Shown here piece by piece: positions 27,533 to 41,377 of a stretch of DNA of 64,000 nucleotides. The stretch lies in contig OZ024741.1 in the NCBI GenBank assembly GCA_964016885.1, positions 379,688,001 through 379,752,000 on the forward strand, given 5' to 3'. The number at the start of each line of letters is the position of its first letter. Within the stretch, counting starts at the first letter, position 1. Both the position numbers and the translations under genes were made by a program. The DNA comes from Eledone cirrhosa (Eukaryota). Under the pieces are notes generated by a model. It searched no databases. It was not told the DNA's origin and worked only from the letters and a program-made list of their open reading frames with translations.

Positions 27533-29516
27533 ATGGTTAATTCCCCTCTGCACGAAGCAGCTGAAAGCCTTCCTCACAAAATATCACCTCACACCGACAC
27601 CATCATTGTAAATGTTACTACGTTTGCCAACACAAAAAAAAATATAAGCAGTAGCAATATTTTAAATTTGTCTTAGGCAGACATTCATTTCCCGCCATTA
27701 CCAATGACTGCAGGTGTTAAACCCTCCACCACCACCACCACCACCACCACCGCGACAACAGAAACAAAAGAAGAAAAAAATAAATTAACTCGTGACGTCG
27801 AAATGAAATCAAGCAAAATGGACTTTTCCCCACCAAAGACGACTGACGTCACCACCACTACAACTGAAAATAAAATTAATATCAACGATAGCAACAACAA
27901 CAACAATGACATTATAAAACCGACCCTCAGTTTCGCTATCGTAGCAAAACAATTCGAATCGTTCACGGTAACTCAAGAAGATTTAGAAAATGCCAAACAA
28001 ATGGTAAAGAAAGATGGGTACAGGTTCAGCCTCACCCCCACCCCCCCACCCCACACCTAATAAAATGGAGCATCGGCGCCTGTGCACCGTGTCGTATAGA
28101 ACAATAAATGTAAAATCGCGCCGAGTGGAACGGGCATCCGAGTCCCAAATCCAAAAAGCTTTGGGACATGTGTGGGCAAGAACAACCCACATCAGACGTG
28201 GGCAAAAGTATGGAACCGTGGATGTGTTCTTTGAAACACCAGAGGAGGCTAGAGAACACTCCATGGCCCCATTAAAAAGTGACGACCTCACACTCGTCCC
28301 AAGCTATTGTGGCCAGAGACTCGTAAAGATCAGGGTGACCCACGTTCCACCGGCCATCGAAATTCCCTGGCTAATAGCGGCTGTCCTCGCCGGCATCGAA
28401 GCCAACACGAAAATAATAGCAGTAGCAAAAGAAAACCAGGAAAACTAGTCCGGATCTGGGATGGAGCTCCTGATCCAAGCGGACCAAAAAAGCATTGAGG
28501 AGATCCCAGAGGTAATAGACCTCACTGACGGCAGCCACCTCACGGTAATTGTCGAGGGCAGAAGACCTAGGTGTGTCATTTGTGGTGAAGGAACCCACCT
28601 AAGGGCTTTCTGCCCTCAGGCTAAAAGGTTGAGGCCACCTCTCCTACCCACCCCAGTGACACAACCATCAACACCACCAGTGGCAGAGATGGCAGCAACA
28701 ACTGTAGCAGCAACAACAGAAGCAACTATAACAGCAACAAACCCAGCAACAGTAGCAAAACCAACACCACTACCACCACCAGCAAAACGAACACCACCAC
28801 CACCACCCAACGCTTCAGAACTAGCCCCAGCGCCTACACCATCCACCACACCACAACCAAAACTAACGGCTGTGGAGGATTTTTCACTCCCCGGCCTATC
28901 ACAACTGGAGACAGATTGTGACGACGAGGAGTGGGAAACAATATCCGGAAAAAAAAAAAGAAACCAAAAAAGAAAAAATTCTCTTCCTTCTCCCTCCAAA
29001 AACAAAACACAGAGGGAAACAAATATACTAAGAAACAAAAAAGTTAGGACAGATATGCCACCATCCAAACCAGCATCACCAACCCCATCAACCCAAACAC
29101 CAACACCATCACCATCATTAACTCCAACACCACCATCACCTACACCACAAAAGTCACCAAAATGCGAAACAGAAACAAACCCACAACAAACGCAAACAAA
29201 ACAAACCAACCAAAACGATACACACTACACAGCATTAAATTTGAACAACAAGCAATTATTGCACTACATCCAACACAACACCAGCATCACAGAAAAAGAC
29301 TACACAACAACCCCAAAATTCACACCACCTCCACACATACAAATCACTCGCATCACACAGAAAACGTACATGACACTAAAACAAAAATTCCCCAAAGACA
29401 TCGGAGACTTCCGACAAGCACTCTCCAGGAGGATTTATAAGGACATCCATCCTGAGGAGGCCACAAGCAGTGAAAAGGATGGAAAAACCGTCCTTCCCCT
29501 ACGAGAAGTAAGGTAA
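27533..29516 (+). pseudogene. ORF1 of copy 2, disrupted
   Basis: ATG at 27533; premature TAG at ~27674 and 28446; frameshift in the C-rich run at ~28040; CVICGEGTHLRAFC. Confidence 0.8.
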
Positions 29517-29550
29517 GTGGTCTTTCCCATCTTTTCCACTCCTTTTCAAC

Positions 29551-32500
29551 ATGACCTCACTCAGAATAGGCAGCATAAATGCGCGTGGCTTGGGGTCGTC
29601 ATGGAAGCAGGGCCACCTGCTCAACGACCTCAGGTCACTAAACATAGATGTAGTGGCCATCAGCGAGACCAGAATCTCCGAAGCACAGGCTTTCGCACCG
29701 ATCTTCGGCGGCTACGATGTGTACGCATCTCCCAGCCGTCCGGGATCGGGGGGAGGAGTTGCTGTGCTTTTTCGGAGAGGTTTGGATCTTAACATACGGG
29801 CCATCTTCCTGGACCCAGAAGGTAAGTTGGTGGTGCTGGACGTGACCAGCGGAGACGGGCAAGCTTTCAGGTTAGTGGCCGTCTATGCCCCGACAGGAGC
29901 AGGGCGACCTGATTTCTTCCGGCGTCTGGAGACCTTTCTTGGAATGTCCCGCTCTTTAGTGTTAGTGGGCGACTGGAACGGGATCTTAGATGCACGCTGG
30001 GATTGTGAGGGATTAGTGGATAGGGAAGGAGGGTGCAAGAGTCTCACCAACCTGCTCAGACGTTTTGAACTGTCTGACAGGTACCGAATGGATTTCCCGA
30101 ATGTACCAATGTGGACTTGGACAAATCGCATAGGGTCATCCAGATCATATCTAGATAGAGTATTTTGTAGGGAAATAGATAGGTCTAGCATAGGCTGTCC
30201 ACAATTCAAGATAGTCAGCTACACGGACCACAAATTCGTGATCTGTGTGCTTGACTTAGATAGGCTTCATAGACGAGGACCCGGCTACTGGAAGCTAAAG
30301 GCGTCCTTACCAGCGCGCAAGGCCTACAGAGACCGGATTAGCGAACTAGTTAAGCGGGCGTTGACGGGGGCCATCGTCAACAACAAGTGGTGGTTTGCTC
30401 TGAAAAGAGCAATTAGAATAGAGTCCATTAGGTTTAGTAAGACTTTAGCAATAGAGAAAAATAGAGCAGAGGGAGAATTAGTTTGAAAATTAGATGAGGC
30501 GCTTAGCAAAGGCATCGCGACCGACGTACTTGCGGCGAAATTGGCCCTTGACCAATTCTTCAATGCAAAGCACGAAGGCTGCGTTGTCAGAGCTAGGGTG
30601 CGTGCTCTCAGACACGAGGGGACGAAAGACGTTCAATGGGCCCGAGTGGTGGAGGCGCGTCGTGGCAACAAAGCCACGATCCGGTCTTTGGTGGACCACG
30701 ACGGGCGCATGCTACTCGATCCCGGGCAAATGTGTGAAGCTTTTCAGCGACACTTCGCTCAACTGTTCGGGGGCAGTGGCGGGCCGGATCGAGGGATGGA
30801 CTTTAGTGTCTACCTCGACGGACTGCCGCGGCTTTCGGCCACTGAGGCGGAGTGTTGCGAAAAGCCGATAACAACCGCTGAAGTACGGGATGCAATGACT
30901 AGTTGCACAAGGGGTAAATCGCCTGGTTTGGATGGTCTGCCCTATGAACTTTACGTACAAATGCCAAACTTGTTCGGAGGCCTCTTGGTGGACGTCTACT
31001 GCAACTGGCAACAGAACGGGAGAATTCCCAGCTCTGTGAGCCGAGGAGCGGTGGCGCTGCTGAGAAAGGATTCAAACAAGGGGGATAACATAGATAATTT
31101 TTGGCCCATAACTCTGCTAAACACAGAGTTCAAGATTTTGGCCAAGGTGCTAGCAAAGAGGTTGGCGCTTGTCGTTGGTGGTCTGGTGGGAGAGGCACAG
31201 ACATGCGCCATTCCCGACAGATCCATCCACGACAACCTCCACCTCATGCGATACATCGTAGAGAGGGTAGCTAGGGAACCTGGCACGGGTGGGTCTTTGA
31301 TCAATTTAGATCAGTCGAAAGCCTTCGATAGGGTCGACCATCGTTACCTAACGGCAATCCTGAGGGCGGCTGGCTTTGGGCCCGTCTTCAGAGGCTGGAT
31401 CGCTGCCATGCACAGCAACATCTGCTCTGTAGTGAGAGTGAACGGTCACCTTTCGGAACCTTTCAACATCATGCGCTCGGTCCGCCAAGGATGTCCCCTC
31501 TCGTCCCTATTGTACGTATTGACTCTCGAGCCATTACTGCACAAACTGGAGACGTTGAGAGGGGTCCCGCGCGAACTAGGATGCGGAAGATCCGTGTCAG
31601 CATATGCCGACGATGTCACCGTAGTGGTGTCGAACGCCAAACACATCGCGGCGATCGGCACTACACTAAGAGAATACGAAGCGGTGACAGGAGCAATGAT
31701 CAACCAGGAAAAGTCAGTGGGCCTGCAGCTCGGCACCTGGAGAGGCAGGTCCATGCCGTCCAACAGCGTCGTCGGGCGCTGGACGGACGGACCGGTTAAA
31801 TTGCTAGGGGTCTGGTTCGGTCCAGACCTCCAGACGGACAAAAACTGGGACGAGGTGACGAGCAGGGTGGCTTCTCTCACCCAGAAATGGGCCGAGAGGA
31901 AGCTATCCCTGAAAGGTCGAGCGGAGGTGGCGAATGCGTACATCGCATCCGTCATCTACTACCGCCTGACCGTCGTACCTTGTCCTAAGCCCCGCCTGAC
32001 TGCGCTGGAGCGTTTGCTCTTTCGCTTCTTGTGGAAGGGACGCGCTCCGATGGTCAGGCGGTCCATCTGCTGTCAACACCCGCTACGTGGAGGGCTGGGC
32101 ATGCCGCGGTTGATGATGCGCAGACACGCGCTCAGGCTACGACATCTCCACCTCTTCCTCGACGGTGATCAGGTGTGGTCGCCGTTTGCAAGACACGTTT
32201 TTCCCCAGCTCGTCTCCTTGACGGAGCTGCAGTCCTGGGTCAAGCGAAGACCGAGAGGGAGCGCTTGGAGACTGGAATGTCTTCAGGCGCTCACAGCCCT
32301 CGGCCAATCGGGCAATGTGATCGGTGGAAACTCCACCTTGGCGTTCTATAGGGGATTAGTGGAGGGGAAGAGCGACGACGTACTTGGAGAAACTCTAGGC
32401 GTCGACGAAAATCAAGTAGCCAATCTCTTCGGAAGGACTTTCGGGCCGGGGCCTATGGACAACTTCCAGAAATCCCTGGCCTGGCAGTGCTACCGAGGAG

Positions 32501-32970
32501 CTTTGCCAGTTCGGGATAAACTCTACAGGCATGGAGGTGCCGTCAGCCAGGCATGTCCGAGATGCGCGCAGGGCGACGAAACCGTCCTGCACGCACTCGT
32601 CCAGTGTCCGAGCATTGCTGACTTGTGTGTTTATGTCGAACACCTGCTGTCACGTGTAGGACGGATCCAGCTATCAGCTGAGTCCATCGTGAGAATTGCC
32701 CCGCCCCCTTCCTTTAGCCTGGAAGGGCAGGCAGTTTTTATCTGTCTGGTGGCCATGGCGAAAGAGATAGTATGGTGGACACGTTTGAAAGGGCTGAAGA
32801 CGAGCACTTACCTCTTCGGTGATGCCCTGATTAACTTTTTCAAATTTCATTTGAAAAGGAAAATCAGGGTAGAGAGGGAAGTGCTCTCTTCCCAGCATTT
32901 TGTTGAAAGATGGGTGAGAGAAGCAAGTATGACCCGAATGAATGGGCCTTCTCTGAGTATGTGTCTGTAA
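29551..32970 (+). CDS. ORF2 of copy 2 (APE + RT + CCHC); one premature TGA at 30484-30486
   Basis: Same 3420-nt span as copy 1 ORF2. The 311 aa and 809 aa ORFs are in one frame; YADD and CPRC..H...C are intact. Confidence 0.93.
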
Positions 32971-33223
32971 ATTAAAGGTGGAAAACTGGGAGAGGGCACT
33001 TGCCCTGGTGGTCAGGGCCACTGTGGTCTTTTAATGGGCTTTCTCCACAAATGTCCCTTGGAAGTCTCCCCCCTATTGGGGAATTTTTCTTTGTTATTTT
33101 ATTTCAACCTCTGTTTTTTTACACGCAGAAATGCCCATTTGTACCGTCCTGTATTGTCCTGTACTGTCCTTAATGTCTACTTTATGTGAACCCTTGTGGT
33201 TAATAAAGAAAACATTATTATTA

Positions 33224-33256
<33 letters not shown>

Positions 33257-33257
<1 letters not shown>

Positions 33258-35289
33258 AGTTGAATTTATTTTGCTTTATGTTCATACGAGTTATCACCAA
33301 GTCACAACCAGTGACCTCAGAGACAACAAGGTCCGCCATGTTCAAGAAAGAACATACATATTCACACATGCATCTTTAGTGTTTAGACTTGTGATGTACT
33401 TATATTGACAGAATCTTCCTTAGTATATGGGCAGTACCCATTAGTACTATCTTTTGTATTTCTCCTATACGCGGGTTTCCTGGGATTTGCGATAAGTAAT
33501 CATTAGACCCCTTAGATATCATTCCCAGAGCGCCTACAACCACTGGTATTGTTTTAGTTCTCAATTTCCACATTTTTCCAATTTCTATCTCCAGGTCCTT
33601 ATACTTGCTCAATTTTTAAAATGTTTTTATAGATACATTCTTGTCTATTGGAACAGACATATCAATTAGCAGGCATTCCCTCTTTTTAAAGTCCTTCAAT
33701 ATTATATCAGGTCTATTTGCACCTATTTTTCGGTCTGTTTGGATGCTAAAGTTCCACAAGATTGAGATGTGATCTTTTTCAAGTATGGGACATGGTTGAT
33801 GCTTCCACCAATTCTTTTGATGGGGCAGGTCAAAATGCTTACACATTATCCAATGTATGTATTGTGCAGCTCTGTCATGCCTGTTTAGGTATTCGGTTGG
33901 AGCTATAGGACTGCACATTGAAATTATATGGTCAATGGTCTCTGGTTGTTTTTTGCATACACGGCATAATGGGCTGCATCCATTTTTTATTATGTTGGCT
34001 TGGTAATTTGTTGTTGGCAGACACTGATCTTGTGTTGATATAATCAGTCCTTCAGTCTCCAATTTCAGTCCAGAGGATGCCAACCACTGATGGGTTAAAG
34101 TTTTGTCAACATCAGGATTGTTAGCTCGCTCTGGGTATTTTCCATACAGAGGCTTTTCTTGCCATTTCTTAGCCAGTTTCTGTAGCAGTTCTTTCTTTGC
34201 AGTTACTTTTACCTACTTTGCTTTTTCTGTGTTTTCCATTTCAGCAGTAAATGGGACTTCTGAAATTTATAGTACATTACTGTATCTTTGTGCATCTTTT
34301 GTAATGGAATATGATCTTTTGATGCCTTCGTGTTTCAAAACGAGTTTGATCATCCAATCATGTGATTCCCCTAGCTATGTAGATAATCCAGTTGTTGCAG
34401 TTTTCAACGCAATGTCTAACTGGATTAACCCACGTCCTCCTTCTTTGCTACGGAGATATATTCTATCTATATCTGCCTTAGGGTGATGCATTCTGTGCAT
34501 GGTTAAGAATTTTCGAATTTTTGTATCGAGCCTACGGATCTCTGTGCTTGACCAGTTGATGACATTGTAACTGTAGGTTACTACTGGTATGGCAAGCGTG
34601 TTTATGGCATCGATCCTATTCCTTGCATTCAATTCCGTTCTTAAGAATGCTCTCACTCTGCGGTAACATTCCTTCCTTATCCTTTCCCTCATTGTCGAGT
34701 GCTTGATTCCGTCTCCTTCACAAACACCTAGATATTTGTAAGTTTTTTCTTGATCAACTTCTCTTATCACGTTCCCCCGATCAAGATTAATGTTTGAACT
34801 CTTCAGCAGCTTTCCTTTGGTGAACGTTGCTTTGGCGCATTTATCTAGTCCAAACTCCATGTTAATGTCATCACTGAACTGCTCCACAGTGGATAATAGC
34901 CCTTACAATTGTTCATCATTCTTTGCAAATACTTTCAGGTCATCCATGTAGAACAGGTGACTAATGGTTTTGTCATAGACTTTATATCCATGTTTTGTTT
35001 CATTGAGCATTTTACTTAATGGTATAAGTGCGATGCAGAATAAAAGCTGTGATAAAGAGTCACCCTGAAAAATTCAACAATTAATATTAACTTCTCCAGC
35101 TTCCAGTGATTTTGTTTCACTATTCAAAAGGAGTGTCGTTTTCCATGTCTTCATACTGAATGACAAAAACCTCCTGACAACGGGGGATGTTTTGAAAATC
35201 TCTAAAGATTTTTCAATCCAACTGTGTGGCAAACTAATGCTTTTTTATAATCTATCCAAGCAATTGATAGATTTTTGTGTCCATTATGA

Positions 35290-35290
<1 letters not shown>
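33257..35290 (-). mobile_element. R4/Dong family B element, 5'-truncated, decayed
   Basis: IFQGDSLS, HLFYMDDLK, MEFGLDKCA, YKYLG, GGRGL, CRVC..ETIDHIISMC..RHD, NRPDII. (TAA)n at both ends (33214-33256, 35291-35324). Confidence 0.9.
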
Positions 35291-35329
<39 letters not shown>

Positions 35330-35384
35330 GTATATAGTAAACTATTCTTTGCTTAAACTTTAATCTGTTATTTTAATTTTAAAA

Positions 35385-35419
<35 letters not shown>

Positions 35420-35452
35420 AAATGAAACTCCGAAGGCGAGGTAAAATTCCAA

Positions 35453-35540
35453 TCATTTAACCACGACACATGTTTCAATAAGAGATAGATCGATTGTGAA
35501 GCCTTGATCGATTATCACTGATCTCATCAGGCGAAAATGA
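35453..35540 (-). ncRNA. Type I hammerhead ribozyme in the left inverted pseudo-LTR
   Basis: tcattttcgc-CTGATGA-(long stem II)-GAAA-catgtg-TC-gtggttaaatga. Confidence 0.75.
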
Positions 35541-38500
35541 ATTGTCTTCAAATTCTTGATATGAGGGAGAAAAAAAATAACGATGTTCTCTCACAGAATT
35601 CATTCCCTAATATGAAGACACACCAGTCAGTCAGAGACATGGCGACTGCTATTAGCTTTAGTTGAGGTCATAAAAGTTTTCAGATTTCTATCGGTCCAAA
35701 AGACACTGGACATAAATGAAATCTGTAGGGATACAGTCAGTCACAGTTGAAAGTGAGTCGGTACACACAAACTCCACACCGACATACATCGGCCCGAGGT
35801 CAAAGAAAAATATATACATATATATACACACACCAACACAGTATTAAATCCGTAGAGTTAGTGTGGGTGGGTAAACACACACTGTCACATACATCGAAGT
35901 GATGTCCGAGAAAAAACAAATATATTAAAACAAATATAAGAATGTACCAACACAGCATACACCGAAAGTTAGTTGACAAAGCAACCGAAGCTATGTTGGT
36001 CAAATCTCAATTTGAAGAAGTAAATTGGAAATATTGGGTTAACCAACGCCCCACACATACACACACTCACACACGCGCGCGCACGCGTGCGCGCGAAAGT
36101 AAGTTCAGTTCAGTGTTCTGCTATACGTGTATAGATCGAATTGTAACATCCATATCTTCAAGTGTACGTTATGGTATATACACATCCGTATCGTCCAAAA
36201 TAGAGTATGTCCGGGTATATACACATCCATCTGAATAGCAAGCAATCAGCTCATGTCGAGCTCCTTGTGTACCGCATGTCCCATTGAGAATCCGTGTCAC
36301 CAAATCCGTGCGTGCAAGCAACCACAATGTAGGGTTGGGTATTGAGTAAATATGTCCGCAAGTGCGATTTCCCGTCATATGGGCCAATGAGCGTTTAAGA
36401 TACTTGTTTGAGTGGTGGAGGTGTGTTATCCAACACAGAAGGTGAAGTAAGAAAACACAGGACAGTAAAATCCAAAGGATGTGTGTACGCCCATTAATGA
36501 TGTGTCAGTATTATTGTTCAATCCGTAACAGTTAGTCCTCCATGGTTAGGTGATCACGCATCAAAACCTGGTGTAGTGTTCAGTCGGCAGGAACGTGTCA
36601 GTCGTAATTGTGGGAGCTCAATGTCTAAAGGAAGCGCGTATTGTATGTAGAGCTATGTATAGAGAGCGTAGACGGTCCTAACTAAGTGTGTAATCAATCT
36701 AACTATTTACTAGCTAGGTATTCTAAAAGAGAGCACTCATCTGTGAGAACTCCGTGGAAACAGACCGAGTATCGTTTGCAAGTGCGCAAACAATCTTAGC
36801 CGTCTAACTACCTAAATGTGTGACTGTCCGTTTATTTAGAGAACTATATGGCTAAAGTGGAGAGGGGGGGAGTTATTGGTAGGTTACCTTTCAAAAATCC
36901 TGCGGAAGGTTTTCGAGGTTCTACGTTGACAGTTGCTGACAAAATCTGCTCCCCTATTAATTAATAGGGGGCCTCCTCTAATAATATTAAAAGTTTCAGC
37001 TATACATAAATTGTAGCCGGATCTGGTGGGCCTTTACCTCCATGACTGTCTCGGAGCAGAAATGCCACACCTGGGAGGCGGCGCTTACCATGACGACGTC
37101 TTGTTTACTGTGTCGTTTCATAATAATAGTATGGTGTAGAGGTTGAGCAAAGAACTTAGCAAATTCTTCAAGAGCATAGACCTAAGTGTAGTATTTGTAG
37201 AGAATTTAAAGATAGTTAATTTTCTAGATGTTACACTTAACCTCAATTCAGGACTCTTCCAACCTTACCACAAACCCAACGAGAATCTAAACTATGTCAA
37301 CGCAAAATAGGACCACCCTAGAATAATCACTAACGGTATTTCCAAAAGCGTCTCTAGTAGAATTTCAACACTATCTTCCAATGAAGATACCTTTAATAAG
37401 ATCTCGAATTACTATAATAGCGCCCTGGAACACACAGGGCATAGCGAGCGAATCTCATTCAAACGTCCCTTAAAAAGTAGAAGCAACATTGCTCGCGATA
37501 GCTTAGGCCTAAATAGTGACACTCTAGTTAACAGCAGGCGGGATACGAGGGAGGATTCATATAGTCTTCATGTTGTACTGCCACCTAGTCCCAATGTTGT
37601 TGGTATTAATAGAAACAGCCACCCAGGTACTAACACTGGGTCTCAGCAACGTAACGCCAGCGGAAACGCTAATGGTAACCTTAATTGTGGACCCGATAAA
37701 ACTACCGTTGAACGCAGTATGGAACGAGGGGCGAGTAAGGGGAATAGGGACAGGTGTAGCCGGCGCATAGTGGATACAACCCCGGCTATCGAGGGTAACC
37801 CTAATGGCTGCACGGGGGTACACCGCCCTGGGGACTTGGGACGATTCCGAGCACAGTCGTGACACTCCAGGACACCATCGACCCACAGGTAATTTCCAGT
37901 TACAATAGACCAGTAGCTACTAGGGAGACAGGTAATTCTAATATAGTTAGTAGGAACAAGAGGCATCGGACCAGAAGAGTCACGTGGTATAATCCCCCTT
38001 TCTCCACTGGCCTGACCACTTGTATAGCTAAGCTTTTCTTTAGGGCCTTAGACAAATGCTTCCTTAGATCGCACAGCTATTATAAAATATTCAATAGAAA
38101 TGCCATCATGCTGTTCTACTCCACAGCTAGTAATATAGCTCAGAATATAGCTAAGATCAATTATAGTAGACTTAGGACAGCCAATGAGGGTATTACGCAT
38201 GGCAGGAACAATGGCAGCCCTATTGAGGAACTGACTCATACACGTGAGGCGAGTCGGGTCTCCCCAACCCCAGGGAATTTACCCATAGAGCAGACAGGAA
38301 CTGAGACGCGACCCCAAGGTACCGTGGTCCATCTGTAACTACCCAGGTCGATAGCAAAAATGTAACTGCAGAAGCACCGCCACCTGCCTCATGGCTGGGA
38401 AATGCCTGACCAAAAACATAGTCTACGACTGTAAGGTCTCCACTCCTGATAGAACATTTAGGTATGTTGGTGCAACTGCCACGGAATTTAAGGATAGATG

Positions 38501-39516
38501 GTATAATCACCGCCATACCTTTAATAGATTAGATAAAAAAAAAATAGCACGGCACTTTCGGAATTAGTCTGGAAGCTTAAACATCAGAATATAGAGCACT
38601 CCTTATCCTGGTCCATATTTGCTCAGCCCAAACTTATAACAACAGCACTGGCGTCTGCAATTTATGTATAGCTGAAACTTTTAATATTATTAGAGGCGCC
38701 CCCTATTAATTAATAGGAGAGCAGATTTTTTCAGCAACTACCAACATAGAAACTCGAAAACCTTCCGCAGTATTTTTGGAAGATAACCTACCAATAACTC
38801 CTCCCTCTCTACTTTAGCCATGTAGTTCTCTCAATAAACTGACAGTCACACACTTAGGTAGTTAGACGGCTAAGAATGTTTGCGCACTTGCAAACGATAC
38901 TCGGCCTGTTTCCACGGAGTTCTCACAGCTGAGGGTTCTCTTTTAGAATACCTAGCTAGTAAATAGTTAGATTGATTACACACTTAGTTAGGACCGATTA
39001 CGCTCTCTATACATAGCTCTACACACAGTACCCGTTTTCTTTAGACATTGAGCTCCCACAATTACGACTGTCACGTTCCTACCGACTGAACACTACACCA
39101 GGTTTTGATGCGTGATCACCTAATCATGGAGGACTCACTGTTACGGATGGAACAATAATACTGACACACCATTAATGGGCGTACACACATCCTTTGGATT
39201 TTACTGTCCTGTGTTTTCTTACTTCACCTTCTGTGTTGGATAACACACCTCCACCACTCAAACAATTATCTTAAAAGCTCATTGGGCCATATGACGGGAA
39301 ATCGCAGTTGCGGATACATTTACCCAATACCCAACCCTACACGGAACCCTTTGCCGGCCTACATTGCGGTTGCTTGCACGCACGGATTTGGTGACACGGA
39401 TTCTCAATGGGACAGCGGTACACAAGGAGTTCGACATGAGCTGATTGCTTGCTCTTCATGGATGTGTATATACCCGGACATAACTCTTTTTGGACGATTC
39501 GGATGTTTATATACCA

Positions 39517-40509
39517 CTAGCATTAAAGCCCACCGTTGCTCGTGGTCATTAAGTTACCAAAGTTAGGTTGCACCACTCATTTTATGGCAGCACTTTTTGT
39601 CTGCCATGCACTGAGTGAATGAATTGCAGACCTGGAAGCATGAGCTGCGCCAGCAGTGACAATTGTAGTTTCGCCTATGGATATTATCTCTGTGCAAAAA
39701 AGTGTTGAAATTTATTGTTTCACAGTACTCGCGCAACACCCGCGTAGACGATGCCAGTCGAACAACAGAGCTGCGATGGAGTTGTTCTGCGTGGTTGTCT
39801 GTGTGTTTTCTAAAGTTAAGACAGTAGGGAGGGTTGTGATATGAGGGAGAGTTAGCTGTTGTTTCTAGCAGGTTTAGTGACCTCATAGAGGATATGTGTT
39901 TTCTAAATTTAAGACAGTAGAGAGTGGTGAGTATATGGGGAGAGTTAGCTGCGGTTTCCAGAAGGTTTAGTGACCTCATAGAAGATGTTTTCTAAATATA
40001 AGACAGTAGAGAGGGGTGTGATATAGGCGAGAGTTAGCTGCTGTTTCTAGCATGTTTAGTAACCTCGTAGAGGATATGTGTTTTCTAAATTTAAGACAGT
40101 AGGGTGTGGTGTGAGGAGGGGTGTGATATGGGGGAGAGTTAGTTGCTGCTTCTATCAGGTTTAGTAACCTCATAGAGGATATGTGTTTTCTAAATTTAAG
40201 ACAGTAGGGATTGGTGTGAACGGACAGTATCACCATCAAGCTTGGAAAGAGAAAGTAGCAGAGGGTATGAAGTTGTATAGATTTTGAATGGTAGTAGAAA
40301 GAGTCCAGCAGTTTAAATGAGAGAGAAAAATCGTAAAATATTGAGTTTTATCTATTTTTTGCGTAATTGTGGGTGAAATTGAAAAAATTATCTACGTCAA
40401 GACGCAATCGAAACTATTTCGAATACTGAATTGTAAATTTCAATTGAAGAAATTCTATAACGTAGATTTCTATAACGAAGGAGCATGACCACACACTGAG
40501 CTTTATAGA
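39517..40509 (-). mobile_element. Non-autonomous Helitron-like insertion with an internal ~80-100 bp minisatellite
   Basis: Absent from the left arm, whose empty site is tatacca^taac (A^T). The minus strand starts TCTATA and ends with hairpin ccac..gtgg + CTAG. The repeat atatgtgttttctaaatttaagacagtag occurs about five times at 39800-40210. Confidence 0.7.
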
Positions 40510-41130
40510 TTATGTTAACATACACTTAAAGATATGTATGTTACATTTCAATCTATACAGGTATAGCAGAACACTGAACTGAACTTACTTGCGTGTGTGT
40601 GTGGGGGGGGGGGGGGGGGAAGGGGGCGTTGGTTAACCCAATATTTCCAATTTTCAACGTCACATTGAGATTTGACCAACATAGCTTCTGTTGCTTTGGG
40701 AACTAACTTTCGATGAGTGCTGTGTTGGTACATTCTTATATTTGTTTTATTATATTTGTTTTTTCTCGGAGATCGCTTCAGTGTGTGTGAAAGTGTGTCT
40801 GTACCCACCAACACTAACTCTACGGGTTTAATACTGTGTTGATGTGTATATATATGTATATATTTTTCTTTGACCTCGAGCCGATGTATGTGGTTGTGGA
40901 GTGTGTGTACCCACTCACTTTTAAATGTGACTGATTGTATCCCTACAGATTTGATTGATGTCCAGCGTGTTTTGCAGCGATAGAAATCTGAAAACTTTTA
41001 TGACCTCAACTAAAGCTAATAGCAGTCGCCATGTCTCTCACTGACTGGTGTGTCTCCATATGAGGGAATGAATTCTGTGAGAGAACATCGTTATTTTTTT
41101 TCTCCCTCATATCAAGAATTTGAAGACAAT

Positions 41131-41218
41131 TCATTTTCATCTGATGAGATCAGTGATAATCGATCCTGGCTGCACAATCGATCTATCACTTATTGAAACA
41201 TGCGTCGTGGTTAAATGA
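41131..41218 (+). ncRNA. Type I hammerhead ribozyme in the 3' pseudo-LTR
   Basis: tcattttcat-CTGATGA-gatc-agtgata-atcgat..atcgat-c-tatcact-tatt-GAAA-catgcg-TC-gtggttaaatga. Confidence 0.78.
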
Positions 41219-41251
41219 TTGGAATTTTACCTTGCCTTCGGATTTTCATTT

Positions 41252-41377
<126 letters not shown>

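Larger units (their letters stand above)
27324..33213 (+). mobile_element. Full-length L1/Tx1-type non-LTR retrotransposon, copy 2 (head-to-tail with copy 1)
   Basis: Same 5' start (ggcgacctacg) and 3' end (aataaagaaaac) as copy 1; (TTA)n on both sides. Confidence 0.92.

Noticed and set aside
22696-33021. Antisense and alternate-frame ORFs over the Tx1 copies
   Set aside because: They are shadows of GC-richer or low-complexity coding sequence and show no motifs.
21358-33256. Telomeric retrotransposon array (HeT-A/TART or SART/TRAS-like)
   Set aside because: The spacers are (TTA)n rather than TTAGGG or TTAGG, and the array is interstitial.
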